Shown here: in pieces, positions 1 through 12,539 of the stretch
Position numbering within the stretch: the first letter of the stretch is position 1
Layout: every line of letters starts with the position of its first letter
Assembly: GCA_016177765.1 (NCBI GenBank)
Contig: JACOUP010000008.1
Coordinates: forward strand, 1,025,165 to 1,089,164
Origin: Deltaproteobacteria bacterium
GTDB taxonomy: Bacteria > UBA10199 > JACPAL01 > JACOUP01
Length of the DNA: 64,000 nt
Reading direction: 5' to 3'
The notes under the pieces: model-generated
What the model was told of the DNA's origin: nothing
Database searches by the model: none
What the model saw: only the letters and a program-made list of their open reading frames with translations
Position numbers and translations under genes: made by a program

Positions 1-77
1 TCAGTCAGGCGGTTCGTCCCGCCCTCCTTTTGGAACGGCCGATTTTCGATGTTGAACTGTCGCGTGGCGCAGAACGC

Positions 78-122
78 CGCCCAGAAGTTTTACGCCCAGA
101 AGTTTTACGCCCAGAAGTTTTC
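78..122. repeat. Three tandem 15-bp direct repeats CGCCCAGAAGTTTTA immediately upstream of a -35 box
   Basis: Read directly: copies at 78-92, 93-107 and 108-122 (last base differs in the third copy). Possible iteron-like regulator site. Confidence 0.6.
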
Positions 123-123
123 G

Positions 124-153
124 TTGACATCCTCCGTTAACAAACTCTAGAGT
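124..153 (+). promoter_or_regulatory. Sigma70-like promoter: -35 TTGACA (124-129), 18-nt spacer, -10 TAGAGT (148-153)
   Basis: Consensus -35 hexamer, plausible -10, about 27 nt before the citrate synthase start. Confidence 0.4.
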
Positions 154-179
154 CCCGCCTGTTTCTTGAAAAAACGGTT

Positions 180-1319
180 ATGCTTAAAACTCCGGAATCT
201 CCTGACATCAAACTGGGTCTTGAAGGGATCATCGCCGCCCCCAGCCAGATCTGCGACATCGACGGCGAAAAAGGGGAGCTGATCTACGCCGGTTACAACA
301 TCCATGAGCTGGCGGAAAAATCGACCTTTGAAGAAGTCGCCTTTCTCCTCTGGCACCTCCGTCTCCCGACACGGCAAGAGTTGCAGAGATTGATGCTGGA
401 TCTGGAGGAAAATTCCGAGATCCCGCACGAGATTATTGGTTTTCTAGAAAAAATCGCGCCACGTCTCTCCGCGATGGGGATGCTCCGGACCTTTGTTTCG
501 ATGCTGGCCCACTTTGACCCGGAGGCGGGGGAACGATCCCCGGCGGCCAACGAAAATAAAGCGCTCAGGATTGTCGCCAAGATCCCGACACTGATCGCCG
601 CCTTTGACCGGTTCCGCAAGGGGGAGCATTTTGTTCCTCCGAAGAAGGGGCAGAATCTGGCGACCCGGTTTCTCTACCAGCTTTTCGGCAAGGAGCCTCT
701 GCCGGAGGCGGCCAAGGCGATGGATGTGGCGTTGGTCCTCCATGCGGAACACAGTTTTAACGCCTCCACCTTTGCCGCCCGTGTCGCGGCCGGCACGCTG
801 ACCGATATCTATTCAGCAACCACCGCGGCGATTGCCACCTTAAAGGGACCATTGCATGGCGGGGCGAATGAAGAGGTGATCAAGATGCTTCGTCAGATCG
901 GGTCTGTTTCTAACGCCAAAGGTTTTATTGAGGAGGAGTTGGCGGAAAAACGGCGGATTTTTGGTTTTGGCCACCGGGTCTACAAGACGATCGATCCCCG
1001 GGCGGTCCATCTGATGAAGATGTCCGAGGCGCTGGGCAAGGCCTCCGGTCATACCAAGTGGTATGAGATCAGCGTGGAGATCCAGAAGATCATGGGTGAA
1101 CTGAAGGGGCTTAATGCCAACGTCGATTTTTACTCCGCCTCGCTCTATCAAACCATGGGGATCCCGGTCGATCTCTTCACCGCGATCTTCGGGATGTCCC
1201 GCGCCTCCGGCTGGACCGCCCATATTCTGGAACAATACCGGAACAACCGGCTGATCCGTCCGCTTGCCAAGTACACCGGTCCCCGGAATTTGAAGTACGT
1301 TCCGATTGACAATAGATAG
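180..1319 (+). CDS. gltA: Citrate synthase (short ~380-aa type)
   Basis: 379-aa ORF with citrate synthase motifs LHAEHSFNAST, GPLHGGANE and GFGHRVYK. Confidence 0.85.
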   Translation: MLKTPESPDIKLGLEGIIAAPSQICDIDGEKGELIYAGYNIHELAEKSTFEEVAFLLWHLRLPTRQELQRLMLDLEENSEIPHEIIGFLEKIAPRLSAMGMLRTFVSMLAHFDPEAGERSPAANENKALRIVAKIPTLIAAFDRFRKGEHFVPPKKGQNLATRFLYQLFGKEPLPEAAKAMDVALVLHAEHSFNASTFAARVAAGTLTDIYSATTAAIATLKGPLHGGANEEVIKMLRQIGSVSNAKGFIEEELAEKRRIFGFGHRVYKTIDPRAVHLMKMSEALGKASGHTKWYEISVEIQKIMGELKGLNANVDFYSASLYQTMGIPVDLFTAIFGMSRASGWTAHILEQYRNNRLIRPLAKYTGPRNLKYVPIDNR

Positions 1320-1347
1320 TTCCTGGCCTGATCTTAAACAGTTGAAG

Positions 1348-1406
1348 CACCCATTGGGTGAATCACCCTTGGGTGAACCACCCCTTGACACGAGGTGTCA
1401 CCCCCC
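1348..1406. repeat. Intergenic cluster of three overlapping copies of the GGGTGAAyCACCC palindrome family
   Basis: gggtgaatcaccc at 1356-1368, gggtgaaccaccc at 1371-1383, ggtgtcacccc at 1394-1404. Confidence 0.7.
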
Positions 1407-1424
1407 GTAAAAGGGCTCGACCTC

Positions 1425-3673
<2,249 letters not shown>

Positions 3674-3708
3674 GGATGGTTCGACTAAGCTCACCATGTC
3701 CGTGAATC

Positions 3709-4347
3709 ATGGACATCCTGAGCCAAGTCGAAGGGTCAACTTTTATGTCTGATTTTGTCGTCAAAAGGATTCACTCGCTCCTCGGGATTTTTCCGATCGG
3801 CGCTTTTTTGCTCCAACATTTCTTTTCCAATTCTTACGTCTTTATTTCCGCGCAGGCGTACAATGAACATTCGGAATTTCTGACCAGTCTGCCGATGGTG
3901 GAGCTGATTGAACTTTCCACGATTTACCTCCCGATTTTTTTGCACATTGTCCTGGGGCTGGCGATTGTTTACCGAGGGCGAAACAATGTCACTTCCTACA
4001 ACTATTTCCGTAACTGGATGTTCTTTCTGCAGCGGGCAACCGGGGTGATCGCCGTTGTTTTCATTGCGACCCACAGTTACACCACCCGGATTGCCACCTG
4101 GCTCGCCCACGAGGAGATGACCTTTCAGAAGATGAGCGACACGCTTCACCAGCCGTTCTGGTTCTGGTTTTATGCGATCGGGATCACGTCGGTCACCTTT
4201 CATTTTTGCAACGGGGTCTGGAGTTTCCTCGTGACCTGGGGGATTACCGTCGGCCCGAAGGCTCAGAAGGTTTCTTCCGCTGTCTCGATGTTTGGTTTTG
4301 TCCTGATGACGGCGTTAGGATTCGCAATTTTATTGAGGTTCGTTTAA
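3709..4347 (+). CDS. sdhC: Succinate dehydrogenase / fumarate reductase cytochrome b subunit
   Basis: Polytopic membrane protein directly upstream of sdhA with conserved His residues. Alternative start at 3745. Confidence 0.65.
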   Translation: MDILSQVEGSTFMSDFVVKRIHSLLGIFPIGAFLLQHFFSNSYVFISAQAYNEHSEFLTSLPMVELIELSTIYLPIFLHIVLGLAIVYRGRNNVTSYNYFRNWMFFLQRATGVIAVVFIATHSYTTRIATWLAHEEMTFQKMSDTLHQPFWFWFYAIGITSVTFHFCNGVWSFLVTWGITVGPKAQKVSSAVSMFGFVLMTALGFAILLRFV

Positions 4348-6096
4348 ATGGCACCAAAAATAATTATTGTCGGCGGCGGTTTGGCCGGTCTCTCGGCAAC
4401 GATCAAGGCCTGTGAGGCCGGGGCGACGGTCGATCTCTTTTCCATTGTCCCGGTTCGTCGTTCCCATTCGGTTTGCGCCCAAGGGGGGATCAATGCCGCC
4501 GTGAATACGAAGGGGGAAGGGGATTCCCCGGCGCAGCATTTTGATGACACGATCTATGGCGGCGACTTTCTGGCCAACCAGACTCCTGTCAAAAACATGT
4601 GTGAAGCGGGTCCCGGGATTGTTTTTATGTTGGACCGGATGGGGGTTATGTTCAACCGGACGCCGGAGGGGCTGATCGACTTCCGCCGGTTTGGCGGGAC
4701 TCTCTACAACCGGACCGCCTTTGCCGGGGCGACGACAGGCCAACAGATGATGTATGCCCTGGATGAACAGGTCCGCCGTTTTGAATCGGAGGGAAAGGTC
4801 CGAAAGTACGAAGGGTGGGAGATGCTTTCCCTCGTTTTGGATAACGAGCCGGCCTGTCGCGGGATCACGGCGATCAACATCGCCACGATGGCAACAGAGA
4901 GTTTCAGGGCGGATGCGGTTATTCTGGCGACCGGCGGGGTCGGTCTCATCTACGGGAAGAGCACCAATTCGATGGTTTGCACCGGGACGGCAACCTCGAT
5001 GGCGTACCAGCAGGGGGCCTTTTACGGCAATGGGGAGTTTATCCAGGTTCACCCGACCGCCGTTCCGGGCGAAGACAAACTTCGTTTGATTTCTGAATCG
5101 GTCCGCGGTGAGGGGGGACGGGTCTGGGTTTACAAGGAAGGAAAGGGTGGTTCACCCGAACCATGGTACTTTTTGGAAGAATGGTATCCGAAGTATGGCA
5201 ACCTTGTCCCGCGCGATGTGGCGACCCGGGCGATCTTTAAGGTGGTCTACGAACTCAAGCTCGGGATCGATGGCCAGCCGAAGGTTTACCTGGATGTCTC
5301 CCACCTCGACCCAAAAATTTTGAGGGCCAAGCTGGGCGGCGTTCTGGAAATTTATGAAAAATTTGTCGGTGAAGACCCGACGAAGGTCCCGATGATGATC
5401 TTCCCCGCGGTTCACTACACGATGGGGGGGCTTTGGGTCGACTTTAACCAGATGACCAATATCCCGGGACTCTTTGCTGCGGGGGAATGTGAATACCAAT
5501 ATCATGGGGCGAACCGGCTCGGGGCTAATTCCCTCTTGTCCTGTATCTACGCCGGTATTGTCACGGGCGGTTCTGTCGTCCGGTATGCCCAGGGGATGAA
5601 GAAGGGGTCGGATGCTGCCCCGGGGCGCTTCTTTGAAGAGGAATTGAAAAAACAAAAAGAGGCTAGTAACCGGCTGATGACGGCCGACGGTTCTGAAAAC
5701 CCGCACCTTCTGCATAAAACTTTGGGGGAATGGATGACGGAGAATGTGACTGTCATCCGTTATAACGAAAAACTGGCCAAGGCTGATGACAAAATTCAGG
5801 AACTGATGGAACGGTACAAAAACATCGGACTCCCGGACAAAACCGGTTGGGCGAATAATGAATTGATTTTTGCGCGTGAACTCTACAACATGCTGGTCTT
5901 GGCGCGCGTCATCACGCAAGGGGCCTTCCGCCGGAATGAGTCCCGCGGCGCCCACTACAAGCCGGAGTTTCCGGACAGGGATGATGCCCATTGGCTGAAG
6001 ACCACCAAGGCCCGCCATACGCCGAACGGTCCGGAGTTTACGTATGAGGAAGTGGACACTCAGTATATTAAACCAAGGCCGAGGAAGTACGACTAA
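4348..6096 (+). CDS. sdhA: Succinate dehydrogenase flavoprotein subunit
   Basis: N-terminal FAD fold IIIVGGGLAGL, HYTMGGL and RLGANSL motifs; 582 aa. Confidence 0.92.
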   Translation: MAPKIIIVGGGLAGLSATIKACEAGATVDLFSIVPVRRSHSVCAQGGINAAVNTKGEGDSPAQHFDDTIYGGDFLANQTPVKNMCEAGPGIVFMLDRMGVMFNRTPEGLIDFRRFGGTLYNRTAFAGATTGQQMMYALDEQVRRFESEGKVRKYEGWEMLSLVLDNEPACRGITAINIATMATESFRADAVILATGGVGLIYGKSTNSMVCTGTATSMAYQQGAFYGNGEFIQVHPTAVPGEDKLRLISESVRGEGGRVWVYKEGKGGSPEPWYFLEEWYPKYGNLVPRDVATRAIFKVVYELKLGIDGQPKVYLDVSHLDPKILRAKLGGVLEIYEKFVGEDPTKVPMMIFPAVHYTMGGLWVDFNQMTNIPGLFAAGECEYQYHGANRLGANSLLSCIYAGIVTGGSVVRYAQGMKKGSDAAPGRFFEEELKKQKEASNRLMTADGSENPHLLHKTLGEWMTENVTVIRYNEKLAKADDKIQELMERYKNIGLPDKTGWANNELIFARELYNMLVLARVITQGAFRRNESRGAHYKPEFPDRDDAHWLKTTKARHTPNGPEFTYEEVDTQYIKPRPRKYD

Positions 6097-6839
6097 TGAA
6101 AATGGTCTATTTCAAAATTAAAAGGCGTGAAGAGCCGAAGGCGGAGGCCCACTGGGAGGAGTTTCAGGTGGAGTACAAGCCGGGGATGAATGTGATCTCC
6201 GCCTTGATGGAGATTCAGAGGAATCCGGTCAACGCCAAGGGGCAAAAGACCGCGCCGGTCGTTTGGGACTCCAACTGTCTGGAGGAGGTCTGCGGCGCCT
6301 GTTCGATGTTGATCAACGGAAAAGTCCGTCAGGCCTGTTCCACACTGGTTGCCAAACTTTCCCAACCGATCACGCTCGAACCGATGAGCAAGTTTCCCTG
6401 CGTTCGGGATCTTCGTGTCGATCGCTCCGTGATGTTCGAGAGTTTGAAGAGGGTCAAGGCCTGGGTGCCGATCGATGGGACTTACAACCTTGGCCCCGGT
6501 CCGAGGATGAGTCCAAAAGACCAGGAAGTGGCCTATGAACTCTCCCGTTGTATGACCTGTGGCTGTTGCCTCGAGGCCTGCCCTCAGGTCAACGACAAGT
6601 CCGATTTCATCGGGGCGGCGCCGATTTCGCAAGTTCGGCTCTTCAATATGCACCCGACCGGGAGGATGTACAAGGATGACCGGCTCGATGCCCTGATGGG
6701 CAAAGGGGGGATCGGCGATTGCGGCAACGCGCAAAACTGTGTGCGGGCCTGTCCAAAGGAGATCCCGCTCACCGTTTCCATCGCCGATGTGGAACGGCAG
6801 ATGACCGGACGGATCTTCAAAAAGATTTTAGGGGATTAA
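6096..6839 (+). CDS. sdhB: Succinate dehydrogenase iron-sulfur subunit
   Basis: Cys clusters CGACSM, CMTCGCCLEACP and CVRACP; translationally coupled to sdhA. Confidence 0.9.
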   Translation: MKMVYFKIKRREEPKAEAHWEEFQVEYKPGMNVISALMEIQRNPVNAKGQKTAPVVWDSNCLEEVCGACSMLINGKVRQACSTLVAKLSQPITLEPMSKFPCVRDLRVDRSVMFESLKRVKAWVPIDGTYNLGPGPRMSPKDQEVAYELSRCMTCGCCLEACPQVNDKSDFIGAAPISQVRLFNMHPTGRMYKDDRLDALMGKGGIGDCGNAQNCVRACPKEIPLTVSIADVERQMTGRIFKKILGD

Positions 6840-6858
6840 AGAAAAGAAAAATAAGGAA

Positions 6859-6893
6859 GGGGCGGAAGGGGGATCCCGCCCCTTAACTTTTGG
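6859..6893 (+). terminator. Rho-independent terminator after sdhB
   Basis: Stem GGGGCGG / CCGCCCC with a 10-nt loop, followed by TTAACTTTTGG. Confidence 0.55.
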
Positions 6894-6905
6894 TAACTTG
6901 CTCTT

Positions 6906-8063
6906 ATGAAGATTCACGAATACCAGGGTAAAGAGATTTTGAAAAAGTACGGCGTCCCGGTGTCACCGGGCGGCGTCGCCTTTTCCTTGGGTGAGGCGGT
7001 CAAGATTGCCGAAGGTTTGGGGATGCCGGTGGTGGTCAAGGCCCAGATTCATGCTGGTGGCCGAGGCAAAGGGGGCGGGGTCAAGCTGGCCAAGACCCTG
7101 GAGGAGGCGAAGGGATACGCCAAGGCGATTTTAGGGATGAAACTGGTGACTCCCCAGACCGGGCCTGAAGGGAAGATTGTCAAAAAACTCCTGATTGAAA
7201 AGGGGTGCGCGATTGCGCGTGAACTCTACCTCGGTCTGGTGCTGGACAGGACCAACTCCCGCGTTACGATCATGGCCTCCGCCGAAGGGGGGATGGAGAT
7301 TGAAGAGGTTGCCTCCAAACATCCAGAAAAAATTTTTAGGATGCCTGTCGATCCTGTTGTTGGAGTCAATCCCGGCGAGGCGGAAGAGGTCGCTCGCAAA
7401 CTGGGTCTGGATCGAAAACTAACCCCCAAATTTGTCTCTTTCGTGGGGTCTCTCTATGAGTCTTATCTGAAGGCCGATTGTTCGCTCGCTGAGATTAATC
7501 CGTTGGCTGTCACCCAAGAGGGGGATCTGCTGGCGCTCGATGCCAAGATTAATTTCGATGACAACGCCCTCTTCCGTCACCCGGACTATGAGTCCTTGCG
7601 GGACCTGGATGAAGAGGACCCGGCCGAGATAGAGGCCAAAAAACAGGATCTCTCTTACATCAGTCTTTCCGGAAAAATCGGTTGCCTGGTGAATGGGGCG
7701 GGGCTTGCGATGGCAACGATGGATATCATCAAACTCCATGGTGGCGAACCGGCCAACTTTTTGGACGTTGGCGGCGGGGCGACGGAGGAAAAAGTGGCGG
7801 CCGCCTTCAAGATTATTCTGGCCGACCCGAAGGTGAAAGGGGTTTTGGTCAATATCTTTGGCGGGATCATGAAGTGCGATACCATTGCCGGTGGGGTTGT
7901 CGCCGCGGCAAAAGGGGTCACCCTCAGGGTGCCGGTCGTTGTCCGCCTGCAAGGGACCAACGTGGACCAAGGTAAAAAGATTTTGAATGAGTCAGGCCTA
8001 AATCTGATTTCAATTGATAATCTGGATCAGGCGGCGGAGAAAATTGTGAGGTTGGCACAATAG
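6906..8063 (+). CDS. sucC: Succinyl-CoA ligase (ADP-forming) beta subunit
   Basis: [13 protein letters not shown]-terminus, ATP-grasp domain; 385 aa. Confidence 0.92.
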   Translation: MKIHEYQGKEILKKYGVPVSPGGVAFSLGEAVKIAEGLGMPVVVKAQIHAGGRGKGGGVKLAKTLEEAKGYAKAILGMKLVTPQTGPEGKIVKKLLIEKGCAIARELYLGLVLDRTNSRVTIMASAEGGMEIEEVASKHPEKIFRMPVDPVVGVNPGEAEEVARKLGLDRKLTPKFVSFVGSLYESYLKADCSLAEINPLAVTQEGDLLALDAKINFDDNALFRHPDYESLRDLDEEDPAEIEAKKQDLSYISLSGKIGCLVNGAGLAMATMDIIKLHGGEPANFLDVGGGATEEKVAAAFKIILADPKVKGVLVNIFGGIMKCDTIAGGVVAAAKGVTLRVPVVVRLQGTNVDQGKKILNESGLNLISIDNLDQAAEKIVRLAQ

Positions 8064-8966
8064 ATGTCGATACTCGTCAACAAAAACACGAAGGTCATGA
8101 CCCAGGGGATCACCGGTTCGACCGGACAGTTTCATACGCGGCAGTGCGTTGCCTATGGGACAAAGATGGTGGCCGGGGTGACGCCGGGCAAGGGGGGACA
8201 GGAGTTTGAAGGAATCCCGATCTTTAATTCCGTCAAGGAGGCCTCGATGCAAACCGGGGCGACGGTCTCTGTCGTTTATGTCCCTCCAAAGTTTGCGGCG
8301 GGGGCGATCAAGGAGGCGGTCGATGCCTCCTTGGATCTTGTTGTTTGCATCACCGAGGGGATCCCGATTCTGGACATGGTCTCTGTGAAGAGGCACATGG
8401 AAGGAAAAAAAACGCGTCTCATCGGACCAAACTGTCCCGGGATCATTACACCGGGGGAGTGCAAGATCGGGATCATGCCGGGGTCTATTCACCGGCCGGG
8501 ACGGATCGGGATCGTTTCCCGCTCCGGGACGCTCACCTATGAGGCGGTCGATCAGGTGACCAGGATCGGTTTGGGTCAGTCGACCTGTATCGGGATCGGC
8601 GGCGATCCGGTGAACGGCACCAATTTTGTTGATTGTCTCAAGCTCCTCAATGAAGACCCGGGGACCGACGCGATCGTGATGATCGGTGAGATCGGCGGGA
8701 CCGCGGAAGAAGAGGCGGCCGCCTTTATCAAAAAGAATCTGAAAAAACCGGTTGTCAGTTTCATCGCCGGGATTTCAGCCCCTCCCGGCAAGCGGATGGG
8801 ACATGCCGGGGCGATTATTACCGGCGGGGCCGGTCCCACCGGTAGGACCGGTCCCACCGGTGGCAAGGGAACGGCCAGGGAAAAGATTGCGGCGTTGGAA
8901 TCGGCTGGAGTCAAGGTGGCGCGGGCGGTGACAGAGATTGGGAAAGAATTGAAAGCCATTTTATAG
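8064..8966 (+). CDS. sucD: Succinyl-CoA ligase alpha subunit
   Basis: CoA-binding and phosphohistidine motifs (GHAGAI); contains an in-frame 18-bp tandem duplication at 8830-8861. Confidence 0.92.
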   Translation: MSILVNKNTKVMTQGITGSTGQFHTRQCVAYGTKMVAGVTPGKGGQEFEGIPIFNSVKEASMQTGATVSVVYVPPKFAAGAIKEAVDASLDLVVCITEGIPILDMVSVKRHMEGKKTRLIGPNCPGIITPGECKIGIMPGSIHRPGRIGIVSRSGTLTYEAVDQVTRIGLGQSTCIGIGGDPVNGTNFVDCLKLLNEDPGTDAIVMIGEIGGTAEEEAAAFIKKNLKKPVVSFIAGISAPPGKRMGHAGAIITGGAGPTGRTGPTGGKGTAREKIAALESAGVKVARAVTEIGKELKAIL

Positions 8967-8974
8967 GAGGACAA

Positions 8975-9379
8975 ATGTCACTTGAACGTACACTCGCCAT
9001 CATCAAACCGGATGGCGTCCGGAAAAATTTGATCGGCCAGGTCCTGGCCCGCATCGAAAAATCGGGCCTGAAGGTTACGGCCCTCCAGATGCTCAAACTG
9101 GATCAGAAAAAGGCGGAAGGGTTTTATGCGGTTCACAGTAAGAGGCCTTTTTTTCAAAGTCTCATCCGGTTTATGACGTCGGGTCCTGTGGTGGTGGCCT
9201 GTCTGGAAGGAGAAGGAGCGATTAACCATTGGCGCGGCTTGATGGGGGCGACCGATCCCAAGAAGGCGGAGAAGGGGACGATCCGCGCCGATTTTGCCGA
9301 CAACATCGAACAAAATATCGTTCATGGTTCGGATGCGCCGGAAACGGCCAAGGTTGAAGTCGCTTACTTTTTCAAGTGA
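8975..9379 (+). CDS. ndk: Nucleoside diphosphate kinase
   Basis: [10 protein letters not shown] and NIVHGSD active-site motif; 134 aa. Confidence 0.92.
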   Translation: MSLERTLAIIKPDGVRKNLIGQVLARIEKSGLKVTALQMLKLDQKKAEGFYAVHSKRPFFQSLIRFMTSGPVVVACLEGEGAINHWRGLMGATDPKKAEKGTIRADFADNIEQNIVHGSDAPETAKVEVAYFFK

Positions 9380-11076
9380 ACCTTCAAAAAAAGAAACAGC
9401 CTCTCTTTCTCCCCAAACTGGTTTCGGCCTTGGGGAATTATTCCGTTTCCCTGTTTTGGGGGGATCTCTCCGCCGGCTTGATCGTCGGGATTGTGGCCCT
9501 TCCCCTGGCGATCGCCTTTGCCATCGCCTCCGGCGTTTCTCCTGACCGCGGTCTCACCACGGCGATTATTGCCGGCTTTTTGATCTCCGTTTTTGGGGGA
9601 TCCCGTGTCCAGATCGGTGGGCCGACCGGGGCCTTTGTGGTGATCGTTTACCAGATTGTCCAGTTCTACGGCGTTGACGGTTTGATGATCGCCACCGTAA
9701 TGGCCGGCGTCATCCTGATCTTAATGGGGTGTCTCCGGATGGGGGCGATTATACGGTTTATCCCGTACCCACTGACGGTCGGTTTTACCTCCGGGATTGC
9801 CGTCGTTATCTTTTCCTCGCAAATCGGCGACTTCTTCGGATTTAAGACCGGAACCCTTCCCGCTGATTTTATGGAAAAATGGCAGGTCTATCTTGAAACA
9901 TTTCGCTCTTTGAATCTGGTAACCCTGTCCCTCTCCCTTTTTTCAATAGCCCTCCTGGTTTTCTGGCCTCGCTTGAACCGGAAGATCCCAATCCCGGGGT
10001 CAATCATCGTCATTCTGGTCGTTACCGCCCTTGTGCAAGTTTTTCACCTTCCGGTGGAGACGATCGGTTCCCGTTTTTCGTCCCTCCCCGCGGCCTTGCC
10101 GTCGCCCCAGTGGCCGGCGTTTTCTTTTGTGCAGATGAAAAACCTGATCGGTCCCGCCTTTACTATCGCCTTGCTGGGGGCGGTCGAATCACTCCTTTCC
10201 GCGACGGTTTCCGATGGGATGATTGAGGGGAGACACCGTTCCAACACCGAGCTGATTGCTCAGGGGGTCGCCAATGTCGTAGTCCCGTTTTTTGGAGGGA
10301 TCCCGGCGACCGGTGCGATTGCGAGGACCGCGACCAACGTCAAAAACGGGGGGCGGACGCCGGTGGCAGGGATGATCCATGCGGCTACCTTGCTTGTGAT
10401 TGTCCTTTTGTTCGGCCACTGGGCCCGTCTGATCCCGCTCTGTGTGTTGGCCGCCATCCTTGTGATTGTTTCTTACCATATGAGTGAGTGGAGGGCGTTC
10501 AAGGCGCTCCTTCGCGGGCCGCGAATGGATCTCGCGGTTTTGCTCACCACATTTCTGCTGACCGTTTTTGTGGACTTAACCGTGGCGGTTGAGGTTGGGA
10601 TGCTCTTGTCCCTGATCCTCTTCATGAAGAGGATGACCGACGTGACCAGTGTTCGGGAAGTCAAAGAGGCGTTGGATGATGACCTTGATGAGACCGATCT
10701 TCGTGAGGCGGAAGATGCCACAAGCCAGCGGACCATCCCTGAAGGGGTCGATGTCTATGAGGCGGAGGGGGCCTTCTTTTTTGGGGTTTCCGAACTCTTT
10801 CGGGACATGATGGAGATTGGCAAGAACCCCTCGCCGGTGATGATCCTGCGGATGCGGCATGTTCTGCTGCTGGATGCGACCGGATTGCGTGCCTTGAAGG
10901 ATTTAAGGAAACAATGCCTCCGTTACAAAGTTCATCTGATCCTCTGCGGGATCCATGCCCAACCGCTGATGGCGATGGAACAGTCCGGGCTTCTGGCCGA
11001 GTTTGGAGAAAAAAATGTGTTGGGAAGCCTCGACGAGGCGCTTGAAGAAGCCTCGAAGGTTTCTTTGATTAAATGA
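9376..11076 (+). CDS. SulP-family anion (sulfate/bicarbonate) permease with C-terminal STAS domain
   Basis: 566 aa, polytopic. The STAS-like C-terminus overlaps the ndk stop by 4 nt. Confidence 0.85.
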   Translation: MNLQKKKQPLFLPKLVSALGNYSVSLFWGDLSAGLIVGIVALPLAIAFAIASGVSPDRGLTTAIIAGFLISVFGGSRVQIGGPTGAFVVIVYQIVQFYGVDGLMIATVMAGVILILMGCLRMGAIIRFIPYPLTVGFTSGIAVVIFSSQIGDFFGFKTGTLPADFMEKWQVYLETFRSLNLVTLSLSLFSIALLVFWPRLNRKIPIPGSIIVILVVTALVQVFHLPVETIGSRFSSLPAALPSPQWPAFSFVQMKNLIGPAFTIALLGAVESLLSATVSDGMIEGRHRSNTELIAQGVANVVVPFFGGIPATGAIARTATNVKNGGRTPVAGMIHAATLLVIVLLFGHWARLIPLCVLAAILVIVSYHMSEWRAFKALLRGPRMDLAVLLTTFLLTVFVDLTVAVEVGMLLSLILFMKRMTDVTSVREVKEALDDDLDETDLREAEDATSQRTIPEGVDVYEAEGAFFFGVSELFRDMMEIGKNPSPVMILRMRHVLLLDATGLRALKDLRKQCLRYKVHLILCGIHAQPLMAMEQSGLLAEFGEKNVLGSLDEALEEASKVSLIK

Positions 11077-11104
11077 AAGGCGTAGAAATTTCTTGTTGTC
11101 GACA

Positions 11105-11117
11105 CCCCCCCCTTTTT
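11105..11117. repeat. C8-T5 homopolymer tract in the promoter region
   Basis: cccccccc ttttt, 33 nt upstream of the ATG at 11150. Confidence 0.5.
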
Positions 11118-11149
11118 GTTAAAATGATCCTACCATCAAAGGAGGTTCT

Positions 11150-11641
11150 ATGGGAGCTCCACCAGCAGGGCCAAAAAAAGGGGAAGGCCTTTCTATAGAT
11201 CTGTCAGCCCTCACCCCACCGGATTTTCTTGATGGTGATCTGGCAACACGGGTGGGAAGGGAACTGGGAGTCAGCATCCCCCCGTTTTCCACAGTTGAGG
11301 CCACCCCCGATGGTGGGATCGAGGTCCACGCTGATTCATTAAGGAGGAAAGATACAGATCCTCCAGGGGTCCGGGTTGATGTTTATGTGAGACCGGATGG
11401 GAGTGTCACGAGCAAGACGACAACCGATTGTGCTGATCCAAGCAGTTTCCTGCAGGCAGACTTGAAGCCTGACTTCGGAATAAAAAGTATCCATGGATGC
11501 CCTGATAGGGAAACGAAAAGGGAAGGCCCCATCGATCCGGCAAAAGTTGTCCGGGCGCGGGAGGTGATTCTTGGGAAGGCCCAAGCGGAAACCACTCCAC
11601 CCCCGCCTCCAACACCACCAACCGGTCCTGCAAGAAAATAA
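11150..11641 (+). CDS. Hypothetical Pro-rich protein
   Basis: AAAGGAGG ribosome-binding site 6 nt upstream; no recognisable domain. Confidence 0.45.
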   Translation: MGAPPAGPKKGEGLSIDLSALTPPDFLDGDLATRVGRELGVSIPPFSTVEATPDGGIEVHADSLRRKDTDPPGVRVDVYVRPDGSVTSKTTTDCADPSSFLQADLKPDFGIKSIHGCPDRETKREGPIDPAKVVRAREVILGKAQAETTPPPPPTPPTGPARK

Positions 11642-11760
11642 TTGCCTCCAGTGGGGTTTTCGATTACAACGAGCTCCCGGTTGCGGGAGTCCTACAAAGC
11701 GAAAAGCAGGACCCCCGCCTGTAATCACAGAGTCTGCATGAAGTAGCCTTTGTTCAACAT

Positions 11761-11832
11761 GCGGGAGTAGCTCAGGGGTAGAGCATTAGCTTCCCAAGCT
11801 AAGGGTCGCGGGTTCAAATCCCGTCTCCCGCT
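11761..11832 (+). tRNA. tRNA-Gly (anticodon CCC)
   Basis: Cloverleaf read by eye: acceptor GCGGGAG/CTCCCGC, anticodon loop TTCCCAA, T-loop GGTTCAAAT; no encoded CCA. Confidence 0.85.
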
Positions 11833-11840
11833 TATTTTTT

Positions 11841-12485
11841 CTAGTCAAAAATCCGGCTTGCGATAATCATCGCTAGAACGAACAGCCCGGAGTAAAAAAG
11901 CTCCCTTTTGCCGATCTTCCTCAAATCCACCGGTTTTTCCCTCCGCTCGGCCACTTTCTTCCGGATCGCACCGATCCGCCAGCTGTAGTAGCCGATAAAG
12001 AGCACCCAGAGAATAATCGGTTGAAGACTCCAACGGAGAATGGAGGCATAGGCGGCCGCCGGGACCAGTGTGGAAAGGCCGACCATCGCCGACCACTCGA
12101 CAAAAAAGGTCCGTTCCTTTCTTTGAACGATCGCGACGAGGTGCCCCACGAAGGAGAGAAACGAAACCATCACCAGCGGGAGGAGCCAGAACCACCCGAG
12201 CGGGTAGAACAGGGGGATGGTAACAAGAAAGGTGAAAAGGGAGTAGAGGCAGAACCAGTTTTTCTCACGGGAAAGCGGGATCTGAAGGGACCGGGCGACC
12301 CTCTTTTTTTTGAAATAGATCCCCAAGGGGTAGCGGGCCAGAAAACCGCCGAGTGCGGCGGGAACGAGGAACCAGGGACGAAGTGAAAAATCGGGGGTGG
12401 CGAGCCAACCGATCAGAAAAGCAACGGTCAACATCCCCCAGGCGCCATGTTCATTGGGGAAAAGGATCTTCTTCATCTTCATCAT
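11841..12485 (-). CDS. Hypothetical polytopic membrane protein
   Basis: 214-aa hydrophobic ORF, divergent from aconitase. Confidence 0.5.
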   Translation of the reverse strand: MMKMKKILFPNEHGAWGMLTVAFLIGWLATPDFSLRPWFLVPAALGGFLARYPLGIYFKKKRVARSLQIPLSREKNWFCLYSLFTFLVTIPLFYPLGWFWLLPLVMVSFLSFVGHLVAIVQRKERTFFVEWSAMVGLSTLVPAAAYASILRWSLQPIILWVLFIGYYSWRIGAIRKKVAERREKPVDLRKIGKRELFYSGLFVLAMIIASRIFD

Positions 12486-12539
12486 CCAACCATTGAAACA
12501 GCCTTGAAATCAAGAATCATTCTGATAGGGTCGGCCGCG

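Noticed and set aside
180-1319. Possibility that the 379-aa CS-like protein is a citryl-CoA lyase of a reductive TCA cycle (given the adjacent sucCD-like genes)
   Set aside because: It is full length with all the citrate synthase catalytic motifs. Citryl-CoA lyases are much shorter. icd, mdh and sdh favour an oxidative cycle.
5152-6018. 288-aa minus-strand ORF inside sdhA, and similar ORFs at 4330-5052, 6093-6734 and 7419-7970
   Set aside because: Antisense shadow ORFs within strongly conserved TCA genes.
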